Part shown: piece by piece, positions 11,801 to 25,344 of the stretch
How positions within the stretch are numbered: the stretch's first letter is position 1
Layout: each line of letters begins with the position of its first letter
From: the human T2T-CHM13v2.0 reference genome, Homo sapiens
Reading direction: 5' to 3' (one strand)
Length of the DNA stretch: 64,000 nucleotides
Assembly (NCBI RefSeq): GCF_009914755.1
Contig: NC_060938.1
Notes under the pieces: generated by a model
The model's input: only the letters and a program-made list of their open reading frames with translations
Databases searched by the model: none
Told to the model about the DNA's origin: nothing
Made by a program: the position numbers and the translations under genes

Positions 11801-14800
11801 GGAATAGAAAGGGACAGGGCTGAAGAACACAGGTCGCTGCATTTAGAAAGGAGGCGGGGTCAGAGGAATAGAAAGGGATAGGGCTGAAGAACACAGGTCG
11901 CTGCATTTAGAAAGGAGGCGGGGTCAGAGGAATAGAAAGGGACAGGGCTGAAGAACAGAGGTCGCTGCATTTAGAAAGGAGGCGGGGTCAGAGGAATAGA
12001 AAGGGACAGGGCTGAAGAACACAGGTCGCTGCATTTAGAAAGGAGGCGGGGTCAGAGGAATAGAAAGGGATAGGACTGAAGAACAGAGGTCGCTGCATTT
12101 AGAAAGGAGGCGGGGTCAGAGGAATAGAAAGGGATAGGGCTGAAGAACAGAGGTCGCTGCATTTAGAAAGGAGGCGGGGTCAGAGGAATAGAAAGGGATA
12201 GGCCTGAAGAACAGAGGTCGCTGCATTTAGAAAGGAGGCGGGGTCAGAGGAATAGAAAGGGATAGGGCTGAAGAACACAGGTCGCAGCATTTAGAAAGGA
12301 GGCGGGGTCAGAGGAATAGAAAGGGACAGGGCTGAAGAACACAGGTCGCTGCATTTAGAAAGGAGGCGGGGTCAGAGGAATAGAAAGGGACAGGGCTGAA
12401 GAACACAGGTCGCTGCATTTAGAAAGGAGGCGGGGTCAGAAGAATAGAAAGGGATAGGCCTGAAGAACAGAGGTCGCTGCATTTAGAAAGGAGGCGGGGT
12501 CAGAGGAATAGAAAGGGATAGGGATGAAGAACACAGGTCGCTGCATTTAGAAAGGAGGCGGGGTCAGAGGAATAGAAAGGGATAGGCCTGAAGAACAGAG
12601 GTCGCTGCATTTAGAAAGGAGGCGGGGTCAGAGGAATAGAAAGGGATAGGGATGAAGAACAGAGGTCGCTGCATTTAGAAAGGAGGCGGGGTCAGAGGAA
12701 TAGAAAGGGTCAGGTCTGAAGAACAGAGGTCGCTGCATTTAGAAAGGAGGCGGGGTCAGAGGAATAGAAAGGGACAGGTCTGAAGAACACAGGTCGCTGC
12801 ATTTAGAAAGGAGGCGGGGTCAGAGGAATAGAAAGGGATAGGGCTGAAGAACACAGGTCGCTGCATTTAGAAAGGAGGCGGGGTCAGAGGAATAGAAAGG
12901 GATAGGGCTGAAGAACACAGGTCGCTGCATTTAGAAAGGAGGCGGGGTCAGAGGAATAGAAAGGGATAGGCCTGAAGAACACAGGTCGCTGCATTTAGAA
13001 AGGAGGCGGGGTTAGAGGAATAGAAAGGGACAGGGCTGAAGAACACAGGTCGCTGCATTTAGAAAGGAGGCGGGGTCAGAGGAATAGAAAGGGACAGGGC
13101 TGAAGAACACAGGTCGCTGCATTTAGAAAGGAAGCGGGGTCAGAGGAATAGAAAGGGACAGGGCTGAAGAACACAGGTCGCTGCATTTAGAAAGGAGGCG
13201 GGGTCAGAGGAATAGAAAGGGATAGGACTGAAGAACAGAGGTCGCTGCATTTAGAAAGGAGGCGGGGTCAGAGGAATAGAAAGGGACAGGGCTGAAGAAC
13301 ACAGGTCGCTGCATTTAGAAAGGAGGCGGGGTCAGAGGAATAGAAAGGGACAGGGCTGAAGAACACAGGTCGCTGCCTTTAGAAAGGAGGCGGGGTCAGA
13401 GGAATAGAAAGGGACAGGGCTGAAGAACAGAGGTCGCTGCATTTAGAAAGGAGGCGGGGTCAGAGGAATAGAAAGGGACAGGGCTGAAGAACAGAGGTCG
13501 CTGCATTTAGAAAGGAGGCGGGGTCAGAGGAATAGAAAGGGACAGGGCTGAAGAACAGAGGTCGCTGCATTTAGAAAGGAGGCGGGGTCAGAGGAATAGA
13601 AAGGGACAGGGCTGAAGAACACAGGTCGCTGCATTTAGAAAGGAGGCGGGGTCAGAGGAATAGAAAGGGACAGGGCTGAAGAACACAGGTCACTGCATTT
13701 AGAAAGGAGGCGGGGTCAGAGGAATAGAAAGGGACAGGGCTGAAGAACACAGGTCGCTGCATTTCGAAAGGAGGCGGGGTCAGAGGAATAGAAAGGGACA
13801 GGGCTGAAGAACACAGGTCGCTGCATTTAGAAAGGAGGCGGGGTCAGAGGAATAGAAAGGGATGGGGCTGAAGAACAGAGGTCGCTGCATTTCGAAAGGA
13901 GGCGGGGTCAGAGGAATAGAAAGGGATGGGGCTGAAGAACAGAGGTCGCTGCATTTCGAAAGGAGGCGGGGTCAGAGGAATAGAAAGGGACGGGGCTGAA
14001 GAACACAGGTCGCTGCATTTAGAAAGGAGGCGGGGTCAGAGGAATAGAAAGGGACAGGGCTGAAGAACACAGGTCGCTGCATTTAGAAAGGAGGCGGGGT
14101 CAGAGGAATAGAAAGGGACAGGGCTGAAGAACACAGGTCGCTGCATTTAGAAAGGAGGCGGAGTCAGAGGAATAGAAAGGGACAGGACTGAAGAACAGAG
14201 GTCGCTGCATTTAGAAAGGAGGCGGGGTCAGAGGAATAGAAAGGGACAGGGCTGAAGAACACAGGTCGCTGCATTTAGAAAGGAGGCGGGGTCAGAGGAA
14301 TAGGAAGGGATAGGGCTGAAGAACAGAGGTCGCTGCATTTAGAAAGGAGGCGGGGTCAGAGGAATAGAAAGGGACAGGGCTGAAGAACAGAGGTCGCTGC
14401 ATTTAGAAAGGAGGCGGGGTCAGAGGAATAGAAAGGGACAGGGCTGAAGAACAGAGGTCGCTGCATTTAGAAAGGAGGCGGGGTCAGAGGAATAGAAAGG
14501 GATAGGGCTGAAGAACACAGGTCGCTGCATTTAGAAAGGAGGCGGGGTTAGAGGAATAGAAAGGGACAGGGCTGAAGAACTCAGGTCGCTGCATTTAGAA
14601 AGGAGGCGGGGTCAGAGGAATAGAAAGGGACAGGGCTGAAGAACACAGGTCGCTGCATTTAGAAAGGAAGCGGGGTCAGAGGAATAGAAAGGGACAGGGC
14701 TGAAGAACACAGGTCGCTGCATTTAGAAAGGAGGCGGGGTCAGAGGAATAGAAAGGGATAGGACTGAAGAACAGAGGTCGCTGCATTTAGAAAGGAGGCG

Positions 14801-14847
14801 GGGTCAGAGGAATAGAAAGGGACAGGGCTGAAGAACACAGGTCGCTG
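7936..14847 (+). repeat. Block duplication: about 7936-10687 repeated at about 12224-14847 (offset 67, then 65 monomers)
   Basis: T63>A at 7998/12286 (offset 4,288). TTCGAA at 9731,9795 versus 13891,13955 (offset 4,160). GCGGAG, TAGGAAG and GGAAGC variants follow in the same order in both copies. Confidence 0.85.
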
Positions 14848-15871
14848 CATTTAGAAAGGAGGCGGGGTCAGAGGAATAGAAAGGGACAGGGCTGAAGAAC
14901 ACAGGTCGCTGCCTTTAGAAAGGAGGCGGGGTCAGAGGAATAGAAAGGGACAGGACTGAAGAACACAGGTCGCTGCATTTAGAAAGGAGGCGGGGTCAGA
15001 GGAATAGAAAGGGACAGGGCTGAAGAACAGAGGTCGCTGCATTTAGAAAGGAGGCGGGGTCAGAGGAATAGAAAGGGACAGGGCTGAAGAACAGAGGTCG
15101 CTGCATTTAGAAAGGAGGCGGGGTCAGAGGAATACAAAGGGACAGGGCTGAAGAACACAGGTCGCTGCATTTAGAAAGGAGGCGGGGTCAGAGGAATAGA
15201 AAGGGACAGGGCTGAAGAACACAGGTCGCTGCATTTAGAAAGGAGGCGGGGTCAGAGGAATAGAAAGGGACAGGGCTGAAGAACACAGGTCGCTGCATTT
15301 AGAAAGGAGGCGGGGTCAGAGGAATAGAAAGGGATGGGGCTGAAGAACAGAGGTCGCTGCATTTAGAAAGGAGGCGGGGTCAGAGGAATAGAAAGGGATG
15401 GGGCTGAAGAACAGAGGTCGCTGCATTTCGAAAGGAGGCGGGGTCAGAGGAATAGAAAGGGACGGGGCTGAAGAACACAGGTCGCTGCATTTAGAAAGGA
15501 GGCGGGGTCAGAGGAATAGAAAGGGACAGGGCTGAAGAACACAGGTCGCTGCATTTAGAAAGGAGGCGGGGTCAGAGGAATAGAAAGGGACAGGGCTGAA
15601 GAACACAGGTCGCTGCATTTAGAAAGGAGGCGGAGTCAGAGGAATAGAAAGGGATAGGACTGAAGAACAGAGGTCGCTGCATTTAGAAAGGAGGCGGGGT
15701 CAGAGGAATAGAAAGGGACAGGGCTGAAGAACACAGGTCGCTGCATTTAGAAAGGAGGCGGGGTCAGAGGAATAGGAAGGGATAGGGCTGAAGAACAGAG
15801 GTCGCTGCATTTAGAAAGGAGGCGGGGTCAGAGGAATAGAAAGGGACAGGGCTGAAGAACACAGGTCGCTG

Positions 15872-18494
15872 CATTTAGAAAGGAGGCGGGGTCAGAGGAA
15901 TAGAAAGGGATAGGGCTGAAGAACAGAGGTCGCTGCATTTAGAAAGGAGGCGGGGTCAGAGGAATAGAAAGGGATAGGCCTGAAGAACAGAGGTCGCTGC
16001 ATTTAGAAAGGAGGCGGGGTTAGAGGAATAGAAAGGGACAGGGCTGAAGAACACAGGTCGCTGCATTTAGAAAGGAGGCGGGGTCAGAGGAATAGAAAGG
16101 GATAGCGCTGAAGAACAGAGGTCGCTGCATTTAGAAAGGAGGCGGGGTCAGAGGAATAGAAAGGGATAGGGCTGAAGAACACATGTCGCTGCATTTAGAA
16201 AGGAGGCGGGGTCAGAGGAATAGAAAGGGATAGGACTGAAGAACACAGGTCGCTGCATTTAGAAAGGAGGCGGGGTCAGAGGAATAGAAAGGGACAGGGC
16301 TGAAGAACAGAGGTCGCTGCATTTAGAAAGGAGGCGGGGTCAGAGGAATAGAAAGGGACAGGGCTGAAGAACACAGGTCGCTGCATTTAGAAAGGAGGCG
16401 GGGTCAGAGGACTAGAAAGGGACAGGGCTGAAGAACACAGGTCGCTGCATTTAGAAAGGAGGCGGGGTCAGAGGAATAGAAAGGGACAGGGCTGAAGAAC
16501 ACAGGTCGCTGCATTTAGAAAGGAGGCGGGGTCAGAGGAATAGAAAGGGACAGGGCTTAAGAACAGAGGTCGCTGCATTTAGAAAGGAGGCGGGGTCAGA
16601 GGAATAGAAAGGGACAGGGCTGAAGAATAGAGGTCGCTGTATTTAGAAAGGAGGCGGGGTCAGAGGAATAGAAAGGGACAGGGCTGAAGAACACAGGTCG
16701 CTGCATTTAGAAAGGAGGCGGGGTCAGAGGAATAGAAAGGGACAGGGCTGAAGAACAGAGGTCGCTGCATTTAGAAAGGAGGCGGGGTCAGAGGAATAGA
16801 AAGGGATAGGGCTGAAGAACACAGGTCGCTGCATTTAGAAAGGAGGCGGGGTCAGAGGAATAGAAAGGGATAGGCCTGAAGAACACAGGTCGCTGCATTT
16901 AGAAAGGAGGGGGGTCAGAGGAATAGAAAGGGACAGGGCTGAAGAACAGAGGTCGCTGCATTTAGAAAGGAGGCGGGGTCAGAGGAATAGAAAGGGACAG
17001 GGCTGAAGAACAGAGGTCGCTGCATTTAGAAAGGAGGCGGGGTCAGAGGAATAGAAAGGGACAGGACAGAAGAACACAGGTCGCTGCATTTAGAAAGGAG
17101 GCGGGGTCAGAGGAATAGAAAGGGATAGGGCTGAAGAACACAGGTCGCTGCATTTAGAAAGGAGGCGGGGTCAGAGGAATAGAAAGGGATAGGGCTGAAG
17201 AACAGAGGTCGCTGCATTTAGAAAGGAGGCGGGGTCAGTAGAATAGAAAGGGACAGGACAGAAGAACACAGGTCGCTGCATTTAGAAAGGAGGCGGGGTC
17301 AGAGGAATAGAAAGGGACAGGGCTGAAGAACACAGGTCGCTGCATTTAGAAAGGAGGCGGGGTCAGAGGAATAGAAAGGGATAGGGCTGAAGAACACAGG
17401 TCGCTGCATTTAGAAAGGAGGCGGGGTCAGAGGAATAGAAAGGGACAGGGCTGAAGAACAGAGGTGGCTGCATTTAGAAAGGAGGCGGGGTCAGAGGAAT
17501 AGAAAGGGATGGGGCTGAAGAACAGAGGTCGCTGCATTTAGAAAGGAGGCGGGGTCAGAGGAATAGAAAGGGACGGGGCTGAAGAACACAGGTCGCTGAA
17601 TTTAGAAAGGAGGCGGGGTCAGAGGAATAGAAAGGGATAGGGCTGAAGAACAGAGGTCGCTGCATTTAGAAAGGAGGCGGGGTCAGAGGAATAGAAAGGG
17701 ATAGGCCTGAAGAACAGAGGTCGCTGCATTTAGAAAGGAGGCGGGGTTAGAGGAATAGAAAGGGACAGGGCTGAAGAACACAGGTCGCTGCATTTAGAAA
17801 GGAGGCGGGGTCAGAGGAATAGAAAGGGATAGGGCTGAAGAACAGAGGTCGCTGCATTTAGAAAGGAGGCGGGGTCAGAGGAATAGAAAGGGATAGGGCT
17901 GAAGAACACATGTCGCTGCATTTAGAAAGGAGGCGGGGTCAGAGGAATAGAAACGGATAGGACTGAAGAACACAGGTCGCTGCATTTAGAAAGGAGGCGG
18001 GGTCAGAGGAATAGAAAGGGACAGGGCTGAAGAACAGAGGTCGCTGCATTTAGAAAGGAGGCGGGGTCAGAGGAATAGAAAGGGACAGGGCTGAAGAACA
18101 CAGGTCGCTGCATTTAGAAAGGAGGCGGGGTCAGAGGACTAGAACGGGACAGGGCTGAAGAACACAGGTCGCTGCATTTAGAAAGGAGGCGGGGTCAGAG
18201 GAATAGAAAGGGACAGGGCTGAAGAACACAGGTCGCTGCATTTAGAAAGGAGGCGGGGTCAGAGGAATAGAAAGGGACAGGGCTGAAGAACAGAGGTCGC
18301 TGCATTTAGAAAGGAGGCGGGGTCAGAGGAATAGAAAGGGACAGGGCTGAAGAATAGAGGTCGCTGTATTTAGAAAGGAGGCGGGGTCAGAGGAATAGAA
18401 AGGGACAGGGCTGAAGAACACAGGTCGCTGCATTTAGAAAGGAGGCGGGGTCAGAGGAATAGAAAGGGACAGGGCTGAAGAACAGAGGTCGCTG
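15872..18494 (+). repeat. Block duplication: about 15.9-16.8 kb repeated at about 17.6-18.5 kb (offset 1,727 bp, 27 monomers minus 1 bp)
   Basis: G57>T (CATGTC) at 16184/17911, followed in both copies by the GACTAG variant and GAATAGAGGTCGCTGTATT at the same offset. Confidence 0.85.
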
Positions 18495-21054
18495 CATTTA
18501 GAAAGGAGGCGGGGTCAGAGGAATAGAAAGGGACAGGGCTGAAGAACACAGGTCGCTGCATTTAGAAAGGAGGCGGGGTCAGAGGAATAGAAAGGGATAG
18601 GGCTGAAGAACAGAGGTCGCTGCATTTAGAAAGGAGGCGGGGTCAGAGGAATAGAAAGGGATAGGGATGAAGAACACAGGTCGCTGCATTTAGAAAGGAG
18701 GCGGGGTCAGAGGAATAGAAAGGGACAGGGCTGAAGAACACAGGTCGCTGCATTTAGAAAGGAGGCGGGGTCAGAGGAATAGAAAGGGACAGGGCTGAAG
18801 AACACAGGTCGCTGCATTTAGAAAGGAGGCGGGGTCAGAGGAATAGAAAGGGATAGGGCTGAAGAACACAGGTCGCTGCATTTAGAAAGGAGGCGGGGTC
18901 AGAGGAATAGAAAGGGACAGGGCTGAAGAACAGAGGTCGCTGCATTTAGAAAGGAGGCGGGGTCAGAGGAATAGAAAGGGATAGGGCTGAAGAACACAGG
19001 TCGCTGCATTTAGAAAGGAGGCGGGGTCAGAGGAATAGAAAGGGATAGGACTGAAGAACACAGGTCGCTGCATTTAGAAAGGAGGCGGGGTCAGAGGAAT
19101 AGAAAGGGATAGGGCTGAAGAACACAGGTCGCTGCATTTAGAAAGGAGGCGGGGTCAGAGGAATAGAAAGGGATAGGCCTGAAGAACACAGGTCGCTGCA
19201 TTTAGAAAGGAGGCGGGGTCAGAGGAATAGAAAGGGATAGGGCTGAAGAACAGAGGTCGCTGCATTTAGAAAGGAGGCGGGGTCAGAGGAATAGAAAGGG
19301 ACAGGGCTGAAGAACACAGGTCGCTGCATTTAGAAAGGAGGCGGGGTCAGAGGAATAGAAAGGGACAGGGCTGAAGAACAGAGGTCGCTGCATTTAGAAA
19401 GGAGGCGGGGTCAGAGGAATAGAAAGGGACAGGGCTGAAGAACACAGGTCGCTGCATTTAGAAAGGAGGCGGGGTCAGAGGAATAGAAAGGGATAGGGCT
19501 GAAGAACACAGGTCGCTGCATTTAGAAAGGAGGCGGGGTCAGAGGAATAGAAAGGGACAGGGCTGAAGAACACAGGTCGCTGCATTTAGAAAGGAGGCGG
19601 GGTCAGAGGAATAGAAAGGGATAGGGCTGAAGAACAGAGGTCGCTGCATTTAGAAAGGAGGCGGGGTCAGAGGAATAGAAAGGGATAGGGCTGAAGAACA
19701 GAGGTCGCTGCATTTAGAAAGGAGGCGGAGTCAGAGGAATAGAAAGGGATAGGGCTGAAGAACAGAGGTCGCTGCATTTAGAAAGGAGGCGGGGTCAGAG
19801 GAATAGAAAGGGATAGGACTGAAGAACAGAGGTCGCTGCATTTAGAAAGGAGGCGGGGTCAGAGGAATAGAAAGGGATAGGGCTGAAGAACAGAGGTCGC
19901 TGCATTTAGAAAGGAGGCGGGGTCAGAGGAATAGAAAGGGATAGGCCTGAAGAACAGAGGTCGCTGCATTTAGAAAGGAGGCGGGGTCAGAGGAATAGAA
20001 AGGGATAGGGCTGAAGAACACAGGTCGCAGCATTTAGAAAGGAGGCTGGGTCAGAGGAATAGAAAGGGATAGGCCTGAAGAACAGAGGTCGCTGCATTTA
20101 GAAAGGAGGCGGGGTCAGAGGAATAGAAAGGGACAGGGCTGAAGAACACAGGTCGCTGCATTTAGAAAGGAGGCGGGGTCAGAGGAATAGAAAGGGACAG
20201 GGCTGAAGAACACAGGTCGCTGCATTTAGAAAGGAGGCGGGGTCAGAGGAATAGAAAGGGACAGGGCTGAAGAACACAGGTCGCTGCATTTAGAAAGGAG
20301 GCGGGGTCAGAGGAATAGAAAGGGATAGGGCTGAAGAACACAGGTCGCTGCATTTAGAAAGGAGGCGGGGTCAGAGGAATAGAAAGGGATAGGGCTGAAG
20401 AACAGAGGTCGCTGCATTTAGAAAGGAGGCGGGGTCAGAGGAATAGAAAGGGACAGGGCTGAAGAACACAGGTCGCTGCATTTAGAAAGGAGGCGGGGTC
20501 AGAGGAATAGAAAGGGACAGGGCTGAAGAACACAGGTCGCTGCATTTAGAAAGGAGGCGGGGTCAGAGGAATAGAAAGGGATAGGGCTGAAGAACACAGG
20601 TCGCTGCATTTAGAAAGGAGGCGGGGTCAGAGGAATGGAAACGGATAGGGCTGAAGAACAGAGGTCGCTGCATTTAGAAAGGAGGCGGGGTCAGAGGAAT
20701 AGAAAGGGATAGGGCTGAAGAACACAGGTCGCTGCATTTAGAAAGGAGGCGGGGTCAGAGGAATAGAAAGGGATAGGGCTGAAGAACACAGGTCGCTGCA
20801 TTTAGAAAGGAGGCGGGGTCAGAGGAATAGAAACGGATAGGGCTGAAGAACAGAGGTCGCTGCATTTAGAAAGGAGGCGGGGTCAGAGGAATAGAAAGGG
20901 ATAGGGCTGAAGAACACAGGTCGCTGCATTTAGAAAGGAGGCGGGGTCAGAGGAATAGAAAGGGACAGGGCTGAAGAACACAGGTCGCTGCATTTAGAAA
21001 GGAGGCGGGGTCAGAGGAATAGAAAGGGATAGGACTGAAGAACACAGGTCGCTG

Positions 21055-24000
21055 CATTTAGAAAGGAGGCGGGGTCAGAGGAATAGAAAGGGATAGGGGT
21101 GAAGAACAGAGGTCACTGCATTTAGAAAGGAGGCGGGGTTAGAGGAATAGAAAGGGACAGGGCTGAAGAACACAGGTCGCTGCATTTAGAAAGGAGGCGG
21201 GGTCAGAGGAATAGAAAGGAACAGGGCTGAAGAACACAGGTCGCTGCATTTAGAAAGGAGGCGGGGTCAGAGGAATAGAAAGGGATAAGGCTGAAGAACA
21301 CAGGTCGCTGCATTTAGAAAGGAGGCTGGGTCAGAGGAATAGAAACGGATAGGGCTGAAGAACACAGGTCGCTGCATTTAGAAAGGAGGCGGGGTCAGAG
21401 AAATAGAAAGGGATAGGCCTGAAGAACACAGGTCGCTGCATTTAGAAAGGAGGCGGGGTCAGAGGAATAGAAAGGGATACGGGTGAAGAACAGAGGTCAC
21501 TGCATTTAGAAAGGAGGCGGGGTTAGAGGAATAGAAAGGGACAGGGCTGAAGAACAGAGGTCGCTGCATTTAGAAAGGAGGCGGGGTCAGAGGAATAGAA
21601 AGGGATAGGGCTGAAGAACACAGGTCGCTGCATTTAGAAAGGAGGCGGGGTCAGAGGAATAGAAAGGGACAGGGCTGAAGAACACAGGTCGCTGCATTTA
21701 GAAAGGAGGCAGGGTCAGAGGAATAGAAAGGGACAGGGCTGAAGAACAGAGGTCGCTGCATTTAGAAAGGAGGCGGGGTCAGAGGAATAGAAAGGGATAG
21801 GGATGAAGAACACAGGTCGCTGCATTTAGAAAGGAGGCGGGGTCAGAGGAATAGAAAGGGATAGGCCTGAAGAACAGAGGTCGCTGCATTTAGAAAGGAG
21901 GCGGGGTCAGAGGAATAGAAAGGGATAGGGATGAAGAACACAGGTCGCTGCATTTAGAAAGGAGGCGGGGTCAGAGGAATAGAAAGGGACAGGGCCTGAA
22001 GAACAGAGGTCGCTGCATTTAGAAAGGAGGCGGGGTCAGAGGAATAGAAAGGGATAGGACTGAAGAACAGAGGTCGCTGTATTTAGAAAGCAGGCGGGGT
22101 CAGAGGAATAGAAAGGGATAGGGCTGAAGAACACAGGTCGCTGCATTTAGAAAGGAGGCGGGGTCAGAGGAATAGAAAGGGATAGGGATGAAGAACACAG
22201 GTCGCTGCATTTAGAAAGGAGGCGGGGTCAGAGGAATAGAAAGGGACAGGGCTGAAGAACACAGGTCGCTGCATTTAGAAAGGAGGCGGGGTCAGAGGAA
22301 TAGAAAGGGACAGGGCTGAAGAACACAGGTCGCTGCATTTAGAAAGGAGGCGGGGTCAGAGGAATAGAAAGGGATAGGGCTGAAGAACACAGGTCGCTGC
22401 ATTTAGAAAGGAGGCGGCGTCAGAGGAATAGAAAGGGACAGGGCTGAAGAACACAGGTCGCTGCATTTAGAAAGGAGGCGGGGTCAGAGGAATAGAAAGG
22501 GACAGGGCTGAAGAACACAGGTCGCTGCATTTAGAAAGGAGGCGGGGTCAGAGGAATAGAAAGGGACAGGGCTGAAGAACACAGGTCGCTGCATTTAGAA
22601 AGGAGGCGGGGTCAGAGGAATAGAAAGGGACAGGGCTGAAGAACACAGGTCGCTGCATTTAGAAAGGAGGCGGGGTCAGAGGAATAGAAAGGGATAGGGC
22701 TGAAGAACACAGGTCGCTGCATTTAGAAAGGAGGCGGGGTCAGAGGAATAGAAAGGGACAGGGCTGAAGAACAGAGGTCGCTGCATTTAGAAAGGAGGCG
22801 GGGTCAGAGGAATAGAAAGGGATAGGGCTGAAGAACACAGGTCGCTGCATTTAGAAAGGAGGCGGGGTCAGAGGAATAGAAAGGGATAGGACTGAAGAAC
22901 ACAGGTCGCTGCATTTAGAAAGGAGGCGGGGTCAGAGGAATAGAAAGGGATAGGGCTGAAGAACACAGGTCGCTGCATTTAGAAAGGAGGCGGGGTCAGA
23001 GGAATAGAAAGGGATAGGCCTGAAGAACACAGGTCGCTGCATTTAGAAAGGAGGCGGGGTCAGAGGAATAGAAAGGGATAGGGCTGAAGAACAGAGGTCG
23101 CTGCATTTAGAAAGGAGGCGGGGTCAGAGGAATAGAAAGGGACAGGGCTGAAGAACACAGGTCGCTGCATTTAGAAAGGAGGCGGGGTCAGAGGAATAGA
23201 AAGGGATAGGGCTGAAGAACACAGGTCGCTGCATTTAGAAAGGAGGCGGGGTCAGAGGAATAGAAAGGGACAGGGCTGAAGAACACAGGTCGCTGCATTT
23301 AGAAAGGAGGCGGGGTCAGAGGAATAGAAAGGGATAGGGCTGAAGAACACAGGTCGCTGCATTTAGAAAGGAGGCGGGGTCAGAGGAATAGAAAGGGATA
23401 GGGCTGAAGAACACAGGTCGCTGCATTTAGAAAGGAGGCGGGGTCAGAGGAATAGAAAGGGATAGGGCTGAAGAACAGAGGTCGCTGCATTTAGAAAGGA
23501 GGCGGGGTCAGAGGAATAGAAAGGGATAGGGCTGAAGAACAGAGGTCGCTGCATTTAGAAAGGAGGCGGGGTCAGAGGAATAGAAAGGGACAGGGCTGAA
23601 GAACACAGGTCGCTGCATTTAGAAAGGAGGCGGGGTCAGAGGAATAGAAAGGGATAGGCCTGAAGAACACAGGTCGCTGCATTTAGAAAGGAGGCGGGGT
23701 CAGAGGAATAGAAAGGGATAGGGGTGAAGAACAGAGGTCACTGCATTTAGAAAGGAGGCGGGGTTAGAGGAATAGAAAGGGACAGGGCTGAAGAACACAG
23801 GTCGCTGCATTTAGAAAGGAGGCGGGGTCAGAGGAATAGAAAGGGATAGGGGTGAAGAACACAGGTCGCTGCATTTAGAAAGGAGGCGGGGTCAGAGGAA
23901 TAGAAAGGGACAGGGCTGAAGAACACAGGTCGCTGCATTTAGAAAGGAGGCGGGGTCAGAGGAATAGAAAGGGATAAGGATGAAGAACACAGGTCGCTGC

Positions 24001-25344
24001 ATTTAGAAAGGAGGCTGGGTCAGAGGAATAGAAAGGGATAGGGCTGAAGAACACAGGTCGCTGCATTTAGAAAGGAGGCGGGGTCAGAGGAATAGAAAGG
24101 GATAGGCCTGAAGAACACAGGTCGCTGCATTTAGAAAGGAGGCGGGGTCAGAGGAATAGAAAGGGATAGGGGTGAAGAACAGAGGTCACTGCATTTAGAA
24201 AGGAGGCGGGGTTAGAGGAATAGAAAGGGACAGGGCTGAAGAACACAGGTCGCTGCATTTAGAAAGGAGGCGGGGTCAGAGGAATAGAAAGGGACAGGGC
24301 TGAAGAACACAGGTCGCTGCATTTAGAAAGGAGGCGGGGTCAGAGGAATAGAAAGGGACAGGGCTGAAGAACACAGGTCGCTGCATTTAGAAAGGAGGCG
24401 GGGTCAGAGGAATAGAAAGGGACAGGGCTGAAGAACACAGGTCGCTGCATTTAGAAAGGAGGCGGGGTCAGAGGAATAGAAAGGGACAGGGCTGAAGAAC
24501 ACAGGTCGCTGCATTGAGAAAGGAGGCGGGGTCAGAGGAATAGAAAGGGACAGGGCTGAAGAACACAGGTCGCTGCATTTAGAAAGGAGGCGGGGTCAGA
24601 GGAATAGAAAGGGACAGGGCTGAAGAACAGAGGTCGCTGCATTTAGAAAGGAGGCGGGGTCAGAGGAATAGAAAGGGATAGGCCTGAAGAACAGAGGTCG
24701 CTGCATTTAGAAAGGAGGCGGGGTCAGAGGAATAGAAAGGGATAGGGATGAAGAACACAGGTCGCTGCATTTAGAAAGGAGGCGGGGTCAGAGGAATAGA
24801 AAGGGATAGGCCTGAAGAACAGAGGTCGCTGCATTTAGAAAGGAGGCGGGGTCAGAGGAATAGAAAGGGATAGGGATGAAGAACACAGGTCGCTGCATTT
24901 AGAAAGGAGGCGGGGTCAGAGGAATAGAAAGGGACAGGGCCTGAAGAACAGAGGTCGCTGCATTTAGAAAGGAGGCGGGGTCAGAGGAATAGAAAGGGAT
25001 AGGACTGAAGAACAGAGGTCGCTGTATTTAGAAAGGAGGCGGGGTCAGAGGAATAGAAAGGGATAGGGCTGAAGAACACAGGTCGCTGCATTTAGAAAGG
25101 AGGCGGGGTCAGAGGAATAGAAAGGGATAGGGATGAAGAACACAGGTCGCTGCATTTAGAAAGGAGGCGGGGTCAGAGGAATAGAAAGGGACAGGGCTGA
25201 AGAACACAGGTCGCTGCATTTAGAAAGGAGGCGGGGTCAGAGGAATAGAAAGGGACAGGGCTGAAGAACACAGGTCGCTGCATTTAGAAAGGAGGCGGGG
25301 TCAGAGGAATAGAAAGGGATAGGGCTGAAGAACACAGGTCGCTG
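21055..25344 (+). repeat. Block duplication carrying the 65-bp monomer: about 21.05-22.4 kb repeated at about 23.7-25.3 kb
   Basis: G17>T at 21327/24016 (offset 2,689). The 65-bp AGGGCCTG monomers start at 21951/24896 and C1>T is at 22080/25025 (offset 2,945). Confidence 0.85.
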
